From assembly GCA_025055975.1 (NCBI GenBank), contig JANWWM010000084.1:309-64308 (forward strand): DNA of 64,000 nucleotides, in the 5' to 3' direction. A program made the position numbers and the translations under genes. Shown in pieces: positions 39,660 to 49,333 of the stretch. Within the stretch, counting starts at the first letter, position 1. Every line of letters begins with the position of its first letter. Source of the DNA: Chloroherpetonaceae bacterium (GTDB lineage: Bacteria; Bacteroidota; Chlorobiia; Chlorobiales; Thermochlorobacteraceae). The notes under the pieces were generated by a model that had not been told where the DNA came from, did not search any database, and saw nothing but the letters and a program-made list of their open reading frames with translations.

Positions 39660-42600
39660 TCAATTAAAAATGTAACGCACGCTGAGCTGCGCCGACCACA
39701 AATCGCTCAGGGTTGCGGAGCGTTGGAAGGATTGCGAGAGCAGTTGGTTATTGACGGTTCTCATTCGGAACTGCGGCACGCCATCTGCGCCCACGCTGGC
39801 GAAGGACAGCGGGAACGCATCGACGCGCTGCCATCCCGCGCCGAACTTGTCGCTGATGAGGTTGAAGAAGTTGAACACGTCGGCGCGCACTTGAAGGGTG
39901 TTGCGTCTGCCGCCGATGTCCAAGAAGAACTCCTGCAACACGCTCAGGTCGGCGCGATAGACCCACGGAAACAGCGCGCCGTTGCGCTCGGCGTATTTGC
40001 CCCGACGGGTTCGCAGGTAAGGATCTTGTTCGATGAAAGCGTCAAACGCGGCGGCTTGCTCTTGCGGCGAGAAAGTGCGAGCGTTTGCGCCCGTGCCGAC
40101 CGTCAGCGGCAGGAAGCGCAGTTCCGACGCGCTGCGCGGCACGTAGATCAAGTCGTTGTTCGCCACGCCATCGCCGTTCATGTCGCCCGCATACACGTAA
40201 CTGAATCGCCCTTGGGGTTGCGCTTCAAAGAAGATGGAAATTTGCGTCGCCATGCTGCCCGCATACTCGATGCGGTATGTGCCGCTTGCGATGAAGCGAT
40301 GCGGAACCGCGTCCGACGAGAAAGACAGCGGCGGTTTGTTCGGATTGTTTGGAATCGCGTTGCCCGTCCAAGATCCGAGCGCGATGGAGCCAGGATTGAC
40401 CGTGCTGCGCGCGTCGGTGTATGTGTAAGCGATTTGCGCATACCAATTGCGCCCAAACGACTTTTGCGCTTGCGCCGTGAACGAGGCGGCATAATCTCTT
40501 CCCGAATTGACGAGCACGACGTTGCTCGTGACGTTCGGATTGATTCGGGCGGCGGTTCCGCCATCGTAGCGCAGGCGTTTGTCGGGTCCTGCAAACGTGC
40601 GCGTCGCGGGCTTGAGATTGGCGTTGATGTAACCGATGCCGTTGATGGTTTGGGTGTAAATCGCGTCGAGCGTTACGATGATGTCGTAAGGCAAGCGATA
40701 ATCGATGCCCAAGTTCGTGCGCCAAATTTGCGGGAAGCGGAAGTTCGGGTCGACGGTCGCCAACTCAATTGAGGTAGGCAGTTGCGGATTGGCGGGGCGA
40801 TACGCATTCGTATTCGGATTGAACGGTCGAGTCGTGGTGTTGTCGAGCTGCTCGAAGCCCGTCAGCACGCCGTTGTTGCCGATTTGATTGGAAATCCACA
40901 CAAACGCGGGTCGACCCGTGAAAATGCCCGTTCCGCCGCGCACTTGCAACTTGTCGTTGCGCAGCACGTTCCAGTTGAAGCCCAACCGCGGCGAAATCAG
41001 AAACTTCGCGTCGGGAAGTTTCTTCGTGTCGGAACGGATTATTTTTCCATCGCCGTCCCGAAATTCCAGCGTTCTGACAAGCGGGTTGTCGTAAGCGGTG
41101 TCTTCAAAGAAGGGCGCGTCCACGCGCAAGCCCGCGGTCAAGCGCAAATTGTTGCTGACCTGCCACTCGTCTTGAAGATAGACGCCCGGATACCACACGC
41201 GAAGCGGCTGAACGGGTTCTGCGCCGCCGGGCAACGCCGAGTAGCGATATTGGAAACGACGCAAAGTTACAGGCGACGTGGTGCGGTTCGGGTTCTCCAA
41301 AAACCCGCGAGCGTCCCGATACCAATCGTCCAACGAGTTGTAGACATAGACGCTCTGCGAGCCAGGGAAGAACACGTTGCGGAATCGGTAATGCTCCAAG
41401 TTCACGCCCGCCGTAATCGCATGTCCGCCCAAGAAGTAGGTCAGGTTTTCTTGGAATTGGAAGGTGCTGTAGCTCAATTGGTTTGATGGCGTGAAGGGTT
41501 CAAAGCCGAAACTGATGAGCGTCGCACCCTGCTCTTGAATCTCGACAAGCGGGAAGAGCCGCCCGCGAGAGCCGCGATCTTCGTTTTGATACGTGTAACC
41601 CGCGATGATTTGGTTGTAGAAATTTCTGCCAAACGTGGAGTTTAGTTCCGCGATGACGGATTGAATGCGATCGAACTGAATGTAGTTGGAGTTTTCGTAG
41701 CTCAACGCCGTGTTTCCTACGCGCGCGCCGAAGCCAAGCGAGGCGCTGTTGCTGATGAGCACGTCGCGTTTTGCGTCCAGACCGTTGTAGCGCAGGCTCA
41801 ACTTGTGCTCGTCGCTGATGTTGTAATTGAGCTTGATGAGCCAGTTAAGGCTTTGCGGTTGGCGGAGGTTGTAGCCTTCGAAGGGTCCCGTTTCATAGTT
41901 GAGGCTATCGCGCAGGAAGTTTCGGAGCGTTTGCATCTGCTCGAAGGTCGGGCGCGAGATGTCGCCGCCTTGTTGCTCGCCCGCTCGACGCGCTCGGAAG
42001 GTGAAAGGCGTGGAGTTTTGTTCCGTTTCGGCGGCGATGAAGAAAAAGAGCTTGTCTTTGAGAATTGGTCCGCTGACGCGAAAGCCGCCTTGCACGTTGC
42101 TAAAATCGTTTTTCGCCGCGCCGACTTCGGTTCCGAACACGGTTTTGCCGACAAACGATTTGTCGCGGAAGTTGCCGAAAACGGAGCCAGAAAACTCATT
42201 CGCGCCGCTTCGCGTGACGAGGTTGATGCCCGCGCCGATGAAGCCCGCTTGGCGCACGTCGTAGGGGGCGATCGCTACGCTAATTTGCTCGACCGCCTCC
42301 AAACTAATCGGCGACGCTTGCGCTCTTCCGCCCGGCACGCCCGACAAACCGAAGCTATTGTTCAGATACGAGCCGTCGACCGTGATGTTGTTCAGACGGT
42401 TGTCCTGACCCGCAAAGCCCGAACCGAAACCCGTGTTGATGGCTTGCGGCGTGAGGCGCGTAAAGTCGGTAAAGTTTCGCCGAATCGTCGGCAACGAGGT
42501 GATAACCTCGCGCGGAATGTTCGTTGCCGCGCCCGTGCGTTCAGGGCTGATGACGTCGCCACCGACTTCCGCCGTGATGACGATTTCCTCTACCTGCGCG

Positions 42601-42938
42601 GCTTTTTCGGGCAATCGGAACTCCAAACGCTGCGCAACGCCGAGAGCCAAAAACACGTTGTCAATCGTTTGAGATTGATAGCCCACATACTTCGCCGTTA
42701 CCTTATACGGTCCGCCAACGCGCAAACCTTGCAGAGCGAAGCGACCGTTGACTTGCGTTACGCCGCCATATTTCGTTCCCGACGGCACGTGCTCGGCAAC
42801 GACTTGCGCGCCAATCAACGCCTCCCCCTTCGCATCGGAAACGGAACCGACGATGGACGAGGTCGTAACCCCTTGCGCCCACGAGCGCGCGCTGGCGCAA
42901 AGCGTCAAAAAGAGAAACAGAAGTCGCAGATTTTTCAT
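39660..42938 (-). CDS. TonB-dependent outer membrane receptor (Oar-like, N-terminal carboxypeptidase-regulatory-like domain)
   Basis: Signal peptide, LRVGGPY, plug motif NNITVDG...GINLVTRSG.NEF.GS, YLQDEW, C-terminal RYIFN. Confidence 0.92.
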   Translation of the reverse strand: MKNLRLLFLFLTLCASARSWAQGVTTSSIVGSVSDAKGEALIGAQVVAEHVPSGTKYGGVTQVNGRFALQGLRVGGPYKVTAKYVGYQSQTIDNVFLALGVAQRLEFRLPEKAAQVEEIVITAEVGGDVISPERTGAATNIPREVITSLPTIRRNFTDFTRLTPQAINTGFGSGFAGQDNRLNNITVDGSYLNNSFGLSGVPGGRAQASPISLEAVEQISVAIAPYDVRQAGFIGAGINLVTRSGANEFSGSVFGNFRDKSFVGKTVFGTEVGAAKNDFSNVQGGFRVSGPILKDKLFFFIAAETEQNSTPFTFRARRAGEQQGGDISRPTFEQMQTLRNFLRDSLNYETGPFEGYNLRQPQSLNWLIKLNYNISDEHKLSLRYNGLDAKRDVLISNSASLGFGARVGNTALSYENSNYIQFDRIQSVIAELNSTFGRNFYNQIIAGYTYQNEDRGSRGRLFPLVEIQEQGATLISFGFEPFTPSNQLSYSTFQFQENLTYFLGGHAITAGVNLEHYRFRNVFFPGSQSVYVYNSLDDWYRDARGFLENPNRTTSPVTLRRFQYRYSALPGGAEPVQPLRVWYPGVYLQDEWQVSNNLRLTAGLRVDAPFFEDTAYDNPLVRTLEFRDGDGKIIRSDTKKLPDAKFLISPRLGFNWNVLRNDKLQVRGGTGIFTGRPAFVWISNQIGNNGVLTGFEQLDNTTTRPFNPNTNAYRPANPQLPTSIELATVDPNFRFPQIWRTNLGIDYRLPYDIIVTLDAIYTQTINGIGYINANLKPATRTFAGPDKRLRYDGGTAARINPNVTSNVVLVNSGRDYAASFTAQAQKSFGRNWYAQIAYTYTDARSTVNPGSIALGSWTGNAIPNNPNKPPLSFSSDAVPHRFIASGTYRIEYAGSMATQISIFFEAQPQGRFSYVYAGDMNGDGVANNDLIYVPRSASELRFLPLTVGTGANARTFSPQEQAAAFDAFIEQDPYLRTRRGKYAERNGALFPWVYRADLSVLQEFFLDIGGRRNTLQVRADVFNFFNLISDKFGAGWQRVDAFPLSFASVGADGVPQFRMRTVNNQLLSQSFQRSATLSDLWSAQLSVRYIFN

Positions 42939-43081
42939 ATCGCTGAACGATTAAAGGTTAGTTTTGTCGCAGATGCAAGCGAACGCTTGGAAGTTAAGCG
43001 GGAACAAAATTAAGGCGAAAAATGTATATCAGGGCGCAACAGACGACTTTTAACGAAAATTTAACCCAATAACTGACTGCC

Positions 43082-43369
43082 ATGCCGCTCTATCGTTACC
43101 GATGCTCAAACTGCAACGCCGAACTTGAAATCCAACAGCGCATCACCGAACCTGCGCTGACCGCTTGCCCGAACTGCGAAACCGATGGCTTGAAGCGCAT
43201 CATCGGGGCGGGCGGCGGCTTTATCCTCAAAGGCACGGGCTTCTACAACACCGACTACAAAAACGCGGGGCGCGCCAAGAACGGCGAAAACTCCTCTGAA
43301 ACCAAAACCGATGCCGCCGCCTCGAAGCCTGCCGCGCACGCTTGCGGCGCGGGGTGCGCTCACGATTGA
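43082..43369 (+). CDS. FmdB-family zinc-ribbon protein
   Basis: MPLYRYRCSNC...CPNC...KGTGFYNTDY. Confidence 0.88.
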   Translation: MPLYRYRCSNCNAELEIQQRITEPALTACPNCETDGLKRIIGAGGGFILKGTGFYNTDYKNAGRAKNGENSSETKTDAAASKPAAHACGAGCAHD

Positions 43370-43439
43370 GAAACGCCCGCCTTTCGCTAACTTTGCCAAC
43401 GCCTTCTCCTCGCGGAAGGCGTTTTTCGCTTCTCGCAAA

Positions 43440-43928
43440 ATGGAACGACCCAAAAAGAAAGTCTCCGAATCCAGCGTCGAGATGACGCAAGTCGTGATGC
43501 CCATCGACACGAACTACCTCGGCAATCTCGCGGGCGGGCGGTTGATGCATTGGATGGATTTAGCCGCCGCCATCGCCGCCTCGCGCCATGCCAACGCCAT
43601 TGCCGTTACCGCGTCGGTCGACTCGTTGGAGTTCAAACAGCCCATCAAGTTGGGCGAGGTCGTCATCATCAAGGCGAGCGTCAATCGCGCCTTCAACACT
43701 TCGATGGAAGTGGGCGTGAAGGTGTTTTCGGAGAATATGCTCACGGGAAGGCGCGTGGCGTGCAACAAGGCGTATTTTACCTTCGTGGCGATCGACGAGA
43801 AGGGCGAGCGCGTCGTCGTGCCTGAAATCGTCCCCGAAACGCCCGACGAAATTCGCCGCTACGAAAAAGCCGCCGACCGTCGCCGACAGCGCCTTGCCGA
43901 AAAAGCGAGCGTCGCCGAAAGCAAATAA
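43440..43928 (+). CDS. Acyl-CoA thioesterase (hotdog fold, YciA-like)
   Basis: P.DTN.LGNL.GG.LM.WMD, VTASVD, TSMEVGV. Confidence 0.92.
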   Translation: MERPKKKVSESSVEMTQVVMPIDTNYLGNLAGGRLMHWMDLAAAIAASRHANAIAVTASVDSLEFKQPIKLGEVVIIKASVNRAFNTSMEVGVKVFSENMLTGRRVACNKAYFTFVAIDEKGERVVVPEIVPETPDEIRRYEKAADRRRQRLAEKASVAESK

Positions 43929-43935
43929 ACGCGCT

Positions 43936-44286
43936 TCACTTTTTTCCCGCCTTGTATCGAATCACCTCCGCTTTTTCAAGCGTTATCAATCCGCCTGATT
44001 GCGAGTGCTCGAACAGTCGCTCGACCGTTTCGACGAAGCGCTTGATTTTTTCCTCGTCATCGACGATTTCGACGACGACGGGCAGGTCGGAAGAAAGTTC
44101 GATCAGTTTGGTCGAGCGCACGATGGAGTTCGCCCCGAAACCCATCACGCCTCTGATGACCGTCGCGCCCGAAAGCCCTTGTTTTTTGGCTTCGAACACG
44201 ATGGCTTCGTAGAGCGGCTGATGTCCGAATTTGTCGGATTCGCCAACGAAGACGCGCAGCAGTTTGGCGTTGGGATTGCGTTCCAT
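43936..44286 (-). CDS. DUF190 PII-like protein
   Basis: LLRVFVGESD, GATVIRGVMGFG, LSSDLPVVVEIVD; follows crcB. Confidence 0.9.
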   Translation of the reverse strand: MERNPNAKLLRVFVGESDKFGHQPLYEAIVFEAKKQGLSGATVIRGVMGFGANSIVRSTKLIELSSDLPVVVEIVDDEEKIKRFVETVERLFEHSQSGGLITLEKAEVIRYKAGKK

Positions 44287-44289
44287 CGT

Positions 44290-44661
44290 TCAGAGAAGTT
44301 TGATGAGCGCCGCGCCCGCGACGGTCGCCAACAGTCCAAGCGCGACGCTCGCGCCAACATAGACGGCGGCATAGACGAATTGCCCATCGCGCAACATTGC
44401 GACCGTCTCGTTTGAAAACGCCGAGAACGTCGTAAAGCCGCCCAAGAGACCCGTTGCGAGAAACAGCCGCCACTCAATCGTCAAAAAACCTTTCTCCGTG
44501 AGCGCGAAGACCGCGCCAATCAAGAAGCAACCGATGACATTGACGGCGAGCGTGCCGAAGGGAAACGCGGATAGCGCGGTCGTTTGAACCCATTGCGCCA
44601 CAAGGTAGCGCAGCGTTCCGCCGATGAAACTCCCGACTCCAATGCCAAGCAGCGTTTTCAT
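44290..44661 (-). CDS. crcB: Fluoride channel FluC/CrcB
   Basis: GG.LRY, FPFGTLAVN..G, TGLLGGFTTFSAF. Confidence 0.96.
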   Translation of the reverse strand: MKTLLGIGVGSFIGGTLRYLVAQWVQTTALSAFPFGTLAVNVIGCFLIGAVFALTEKGFLTIEWRLFLATGLLGGFTTFSAFSNETVAMLRDGQFVYAAVYVGASVALGLLATVAGAALIKLL

Positions 44662-44790
44662 TCGAGCCCGCGTTTGTTGGTCAGTTCAGCCTTGCCCAAA
44701 TGTCGCGTTTGAAACGTTCGCTTCCAAACTCGCCCTCTTTTTTGTGCGGAAGCCCTGTTATTTTGAAGAGCAAAACGCAACGCCAACTTT

Positions 44791-47067
44791 ATGTTCAAAT
44801 TCGTTCCGCTTGCGAGCCTTGCCTGTCTTTTCGCAACCTCTCTTTTGGGACAAATTTCTTGGAAGACTTACGCATCGCTTTCTTCCGCCACGTCGGTCGC
44901 CGTAGGGCGCGATGGCGCGGTTTGGGTCGCCACGAGCGGCGGGCTGTATCGTTATGACCGAGCGGCGAATCAGGCGCAAACCTTCACGAACATCGAGGGT
45001 CTTGCCGACATTCGCCTTTCGGCGATGCTCTACGACGAGCGTCGGAACGAGCTGTGGCTTGGCGCGGCAGAGGGCGCGCTTTCGAACTTCAATCTCGCAA
45101 GCGGACGATTTTCGAATTTTTATGCGATTGCGAACGTGACGCAGTTTCCGCAAAAGCGCGTCCGCGCCCTCGCGTTGAGCGGCGATTCGCTTTTGGTGGC
45201 GACGGATTTCGGGGTTTTGCTGTTTTCGCCCTCGCGCCGCGAGATTCGTGAATCGTATCTGACGCTTGGGTCGTTTCCAACGGGCGCGGCGGTTCGCGCC
45301 GTCCTTTTCGCCGACACGCTCATCGTGGCGGGCACGTCGCTGGGCGTGGCGTTTGCTTCTCGCTCCTCGCCGAATCTGCTTGCGCCGTCCGCTTGGCGCA
45401 GCGTTCCGAGCGGGAGCGTCAATGCGTTGGCGACGTTTGGCGGAAAAATTTTCGTCGGAACGAGCAACGCGCTTCTTGCCTACTCGCTGGCGACGCAGAG
45501 TTTCGAGACGATTTCCGCCGATTCCATCATCGCGCTTCGGGTCGCCAACGCTCGCCTTTACGCGCTTGCGAAAACGGGCTTGCTTGCGATTTCATCGGGC
45601 GGCGCGGTCGAGCGTTTCAACGCCGATTTTTCGACGGCGACAAGCCTCGCCCTCGCGCCCGACGAGACGGCGTTCATCGCCGATTCGCGTCAATCTCTCC
45701 TCGTCTTGCGCCATCAAACCCTCTCGACCATCTCGCTCAACGCTCCGCTTCGAAATCGTTTCGAGCAATTCGGCATCGATTCTCGCGGCAGGCTTTGGGT
45801 CAGCTCGACCATCGGCGACAGAGGCGCGGAAGGATTTTATCGGCTCGACCTTGCGAGCGAGCGTTGGACGAATTTTCCCTCGCTTTCGGCGCAGGGCTTG
45901 AACGGCGCGCTTCGGCAGTTTAATGCCTTCGCCGAACAGGGCGGCAGGGTCTATTTGAGCGGTTGGGGCAACGGCTTCGCGGAGTTCATCAGCGACGATT
46001 CGGTTCGCGGTTACTCGCGCTCAAACGTGCCGACGCTTCTGGGAATCCCCGCCAATCCGAACTTCATCGTGATTACGGATTTTGCGACCGACCAAAAGGG
46101 CGCGCTTTGGATGGCGAACTACCTTTCGGCAGGCGGCGCGCTCGTTGCGAAGTTGCCCGATGGCTCGTTCAAGACGTTTGGCGCGCCCAACGCCACGGGT
46201 TCGAATGGCTTTCCGCAAGGCGTTTACGCCTTTCGCCTCACGATAGACAACTTTGGTCGAAAGTGGGTCGCATGCAGAACGGCGGAACTCAACACGGGCG
46301 CGGGCGTGGTGATTTTCGACGACAACGGCACGCTCGATAACCTTTCCGACGACAAATACATTCGGCTCACGACGCAATCGACGCAAGGCGCGTTGCCAAG
46401 CGCGAAAATCAACGCCATCAAAACCGACTTGGACGGCGCGATTTGGTTCGCCACCGACGAAGGCGCGGCGTATTACTTCGACGCGAGCCTTGCGCAAGCG
46501 GGGGCGGCGCTTCCGCCCGTTACGCGCGTTTTCGATTTGCAAGACGAGGTCGTTACCGCGCTCGCCATCGACGCGCTCAATCGCAAGTGGTTCGGCACGA
46601 CCAACGGCGTTTGGCTTCTTTCGCCCGACGGCGCGACGGTCCTCGCGCATTACACGACGGCGAATTCGCCTCTGCTATCGAATCGCGTTTTGGCGATCGA
46701 AGCCGACAAAAAAAGCGGCAAAATTTTCATCGGCACGGAGCGCGGATTGTCGGTGATTCAAACCCCCGCCGTTCAGCCCGTTGCGAAAATGTCGACGCTG
46801 CAAGTTTTCCCGAACCCCGCTCGCTTGCCCGATCAAACCCTGATTGAGATTCGCGGACTTTCGCGCAACGCGAAAGTGAAAATCATCACGCCTGCGGGAC
46901 GGCTCGTGCGCGACCTCAAAAGCGACGGGGGCGCGGTTGCGTTTTGGGATTGCAAAGACAATCGCGGCGAATTGGTCGCAAGCGGCGTCTATGTCGCCGT
47001 CGCCGTCAGCGAAAACGGCGCGGAAAGCGCGTTTGGCAAAATCGCCGTCATTCGCGGCGGCAGATGA
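44791..47067 (+). CDS. PorZ-like double beta-propeller protein with C-terminal T9SS-type domain
   Basis: Propeller repeats (WVATSGGL, NRKWFGT, IFIGTERGL), C-terminal VFPNP...WD...SGVY...GKIAVIR. Confidence 0.78.
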   Translation: MFKFVPLASLACLFATSLLGQISWKTYASLSSATSVAVGRDGAVWVATSGGLYRYDRAANQAQTFTNIEGLADIRLSAMLYDERRNELWLGAAEGALSNFNLASGRFSNFYAIANVTQFPQKRVRALALSGDSLLVATDFGVLLFSPSRREIRESYLTLGSFPTGAAVRAVLFADTLIVAGTSLGVAFASRSSPNLLAPSAWRSVPSGSVNALATFGGKIFVGTSNALLAYSLATQSFETISADSIIALRVANARLYALAKTGLLAISSGGAVERFNADFSTATSLALAPDETAFIADSRQSLLVLRHQTLSTISLNAPLRNRFEQFGIDSRGRLWVSSTIGDRGAEGFYRLDLASERWTNFPSLSAQGLNGALRQFNAFAEQGGRVYLSGWGNGFAEFISDDSVRGYSRSNVPTLLGIPANPNFIVITDFATDQKGALWMANYLSAGGALVAKLPDGSFKTFGAPNATGSNGFPQGVYAFRLTIDNFGRKWVACRTAELNTGAGVVIFDDNGTLDNLSDDKYIRLTTQSTQGALPSAKINAIKTDLDGAIWFATDEGAAYYFDASLAQAGAALPPVTRVFDLQDEVVTALAIDALNRKWFGTTNGVWLLSPDGATVLAHYTTANSPLLSNRVLAIEADKKSGKIFIGTERGLSVIQTPAVQPVAKMSTLQVFPNPARLPDQTLIEIRGLSRNAKVKIITPAGRLVRDLKSDGGAVAFWDCKDNRGELVASGVYVAVAVSENGAESAFGKIAVIRGGR

Positions 47068-47098
47068 ACGCGCTTGCGAAACGCGCCTCGTGCCTAAT

Positions 47099-47122
47099 CC
47101 TCTCCTTTCGTTAAGGAGAGGG
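47099..47122. repeat. Palindromic hairpin cctctcctt-N5-aaggagagg
   Basis: Perfect 9-bp inverted repeat after the PorZ-like gene. Confidence 0.5.
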
Positions 47123-47160
47123 GAACAATTTTGACGCAGTCAAATCAGAGGCGAGGTTAT

Positions 47161-47285
47161 GGATTCTTCTCTTCGCTTCGCTCCGTTCAGAATGACAGGC
47201 GCGCTGCGATTGCGTTCCGAAATGCGTCGCGTCTTTTTGTCGCCGCAAGTCTTCTTGCGTCATTCCGAGCGCCAGCGAGGAATCC
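47161..47285. repeat. REP-like element pair (opposite orientations)
   Basis: ggattc...cttcgctccgttcagaatgac at 47161-47196 and gtcattccgagcgccagcgaggaatcc at 47259-47285. Confidence 0.7.
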
Positions 47286-47394
47286 ATAAGCGCTTGCGAA
47301 TTGGGCGGGCTTCTGGCTCCTTGCGCCGTTTTTCCGAGTTGCTTCGAATGTTTTATTTTCTTTTCGTTTCTAACGCTCCTTCCGAGAATCGCAA

Positions 47395-48102
47395 ATGAGG
47401 CTCACGCCGATAGACATCAAGAAACACTCGTTCAACACGGCTTTTCGAGGTTTTGCGCCCGAAGAGGTCGAGGCGTTTTTGGACGTGGTCTCGCGTCAGT
47501 GGGAAGAGGTTTTGGACGAACTCGACCGCGCCAAGCGTCGCATCGCCGAATTGGAAGGAGAAACGAAAAAATACAAGGAAGTCGAAGCGATGCTTCATCA
47601 AACGCTCGCGCAGGCGCAACAGAGCACGAATGCCGTCATCGAGAACGCCAAGCGCGAAGCCGAGCTCATTCGTCAAGAAGCCGAAATCAAAAGTCAGCAA
47701 CTCATCGAGCGCGCCAAGTTGGAAGTTTCGGCGATGGCGGACGACGTGCGCCGCCTCGAAACGCAAAAGCGCGAACTGACGAGCAAGCTTCGCCTGATGC
47801 TCTCTTCGCAACTCGAACTGCTCAATGCGTTCAGCGATGGCGAGGAAAGTTTCATCTTGCAAGAATTTGCCAACAAGAAAGCCCTCGCCGAGCAAAAGCC
47901 CCGCGAGCCGCGCTCTGCGCCCGACGCGCAACCAATGCCTGAATCTGCCCCAACCTCGTCAGTCGCCCCGTCCGAACCGCCCGCGCCCGAACCGCCCAAA
48001 TCGCAAACCATCAAGATCGAAGTGCCCGTCGAACCCAGTTACCCTCGCGCCCAAAGCAAAAAAACGGTCAATATCGACGACATCTTAAGCGGTCTTGAGT
48101 AA
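47395..48102 (+). CDS. DivIVA-domain protein
   Basis: LTPIDIKKHSF...RGF..EEVEAFLD.V, coiled coil. Confidence 0.9.
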   Translation: MRLTPIDIKKHSFNTAFRGFAPEEVEAFLDVVSRQWEEVLDELDRAKRRIAELEGETKKYKEVEAMLHQTLAQAQQSTNAVIENAKREAELIRQEAEIKSQQLIERAKLEVSAMADDVRRLETQKRELTSKLRLMLSSQLELLNAFSDGEESFILQEFANKKALAEQKPREPRSAPDAQPMPESAPTSSVAPSEPPAPEPPKSQTIKIEVPVEPSYPRAQSKKTVNIDDILSGLE

Positions 48103-48106
48103 CGTG

Positions 48107-49333
48107 ATGGCATCGTTGCTCATTCACAACGCGGCGCAAATCGCCACCTCCATCGGACGCTACCGACGCGGCGCGGAGATGAACCAACTTCGCCTCTTGC
48201 GCAACGCCTCGATTTACGTTCAGGACGGAATCATTCGCGCCATTGGCTCCGCAAGCGACGTGGAAAAAGCGATTTCCGATTCGCCCGAAGTCATTGACGC
48301 GAGCGGCTCTGCCGTCATTGCGGGGCTTGTGGATTCGCACACGCATCTCGTTTTCGCAGGAACGCGAGAGCAAGAATTCGCCATGCGCGTGGCGGGCGCG
48401 ACATATCAAGACATCGCCAAGCAAGGCGGCGGCATTCTTTCAACCGTCAAAGCCACGCGAAACGCGACGAAAGAGGAACTCAAATGCGTCGCCAAACGCT
48501 ACCTTGCGCTCGCGCTCGAACACGGCACGACCACGATGGAAATCAAAACGGGCTACGGTCTCGACGAGGAAACGGAACTCAAACTTTTGGACGTCATCGC
48601 CGAGCTTGACGCGGAGCAACCCATCACGCTCGCGCCGACCTTTCTTGGCGCGCACGCCGTTCCGCCTGAACGCTCAAAAGCCGAGTATCTCGAATCGCTC
48701 TTCGCGCTGCTGCCGCGAGCGGCGCAAAAGGCAAGGTTCATTGACGCATTCGTCGAGGAAAACTATTTCAGCGCCGAGGAAGCCGAAGCGCTGTGCGAGC
48801 GAGCGAAACGGTTTGGATTGCTTCCCCGTCTTCACGTCCATCAATTCACCGCCAACGCGGGCGTGAAAATGGGGCTTCGAGTCGGCGCCGCGTCGCTCGA
48901 CCACTTGGAGAAAATTTCCGACGAGGACATCGGTCTTCTGGCGCGCTCGGAAACGGTGGCGACTCTTCTGCCGTGCGTCTCGCTGTTTTTGGGCTATGGG
49001 TATCCGCCCGCAAGAAAACTCATCGATTCGGGCGCGATCGTCGCCATCGCGTCCAACTTCAACCCTGGCAGCGCGATGACGCTCAATATGCAACTGACGA
49101 TGTTCGTCGCTTCGGCGCAGATGCGTCTTTCGCTCGCCGAATCGCTGACGGCGGCGACGCTCAACGCGGCTTATTCGCTTCGGCTTTCGGACAAAATCGG
49201 CTCGATCGAGGTTGGCAAGGAAGCGGACTTGGTCATTTTGGACGTGCCCAGCTACGAGCAAGCGATTTATTTCTTCGGAGTCAATCACGCCAAAACCGTC
49301 ATCAAGAAAGGCGTCGTGGAATGGACACGTTAA
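48107..49333 (+). CDS. hutI: Imidazolonepropionase
   Basis: GLVDSHTHLVFAG.R..EF, GGGILSTV, EIKTGYGL, FLGAHAVP, FNPGS. Confidence 0.95.
   Translation: MASLLIHNAAQIATSIGRYRRGAEMNQLRLLRNASIYVQDGIIRAIGSASDVEKAISDSPEVIDASGSAVIAGLVDSHTHLVFAGTREQEFAMRVAGATYQDIAKQGGGILSTVKATRNATKEELKCVAKRYLALALEHGTTTMEIKTGYGLDEETELKLLDVIAELDAEQPITLAPTFLGAHAVPPERSKAEYLESLFALLPRAAQKARFIDAFVEENYFSAEEAEALCERAKRFGLLPRLHVHQFTANAGVKMGLRVGAASLDHLEKISDEDIGLLARSETVATLLPCVSLFLGYGYPPARKLIDSGAIVAIASNFNPGSAMTLNMQLTMFVASAQMRLSLAESLTAATLNAAYSLRLSDKIGSIEVGKEADLVILDVPSYEQAIYFFGVNHAKTVIKKGVVEWTR

Noticed and set aside
44662-44790. Fluoride riboswitch upstream of crcB
   Set aside because: The minus strand lacks the GGxGATGG...CC / CTxATGxC consensus elements.
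48793-49320. N-terminal extension of hutG in the ORF track (similar extensions on sppA, lptA-like, GT2, HU, pdxA, lptB)
   Set aside because: These overlap neighbouring genes or repeats in Arg-rich nonsense frames; downstream starts fit family lengths.
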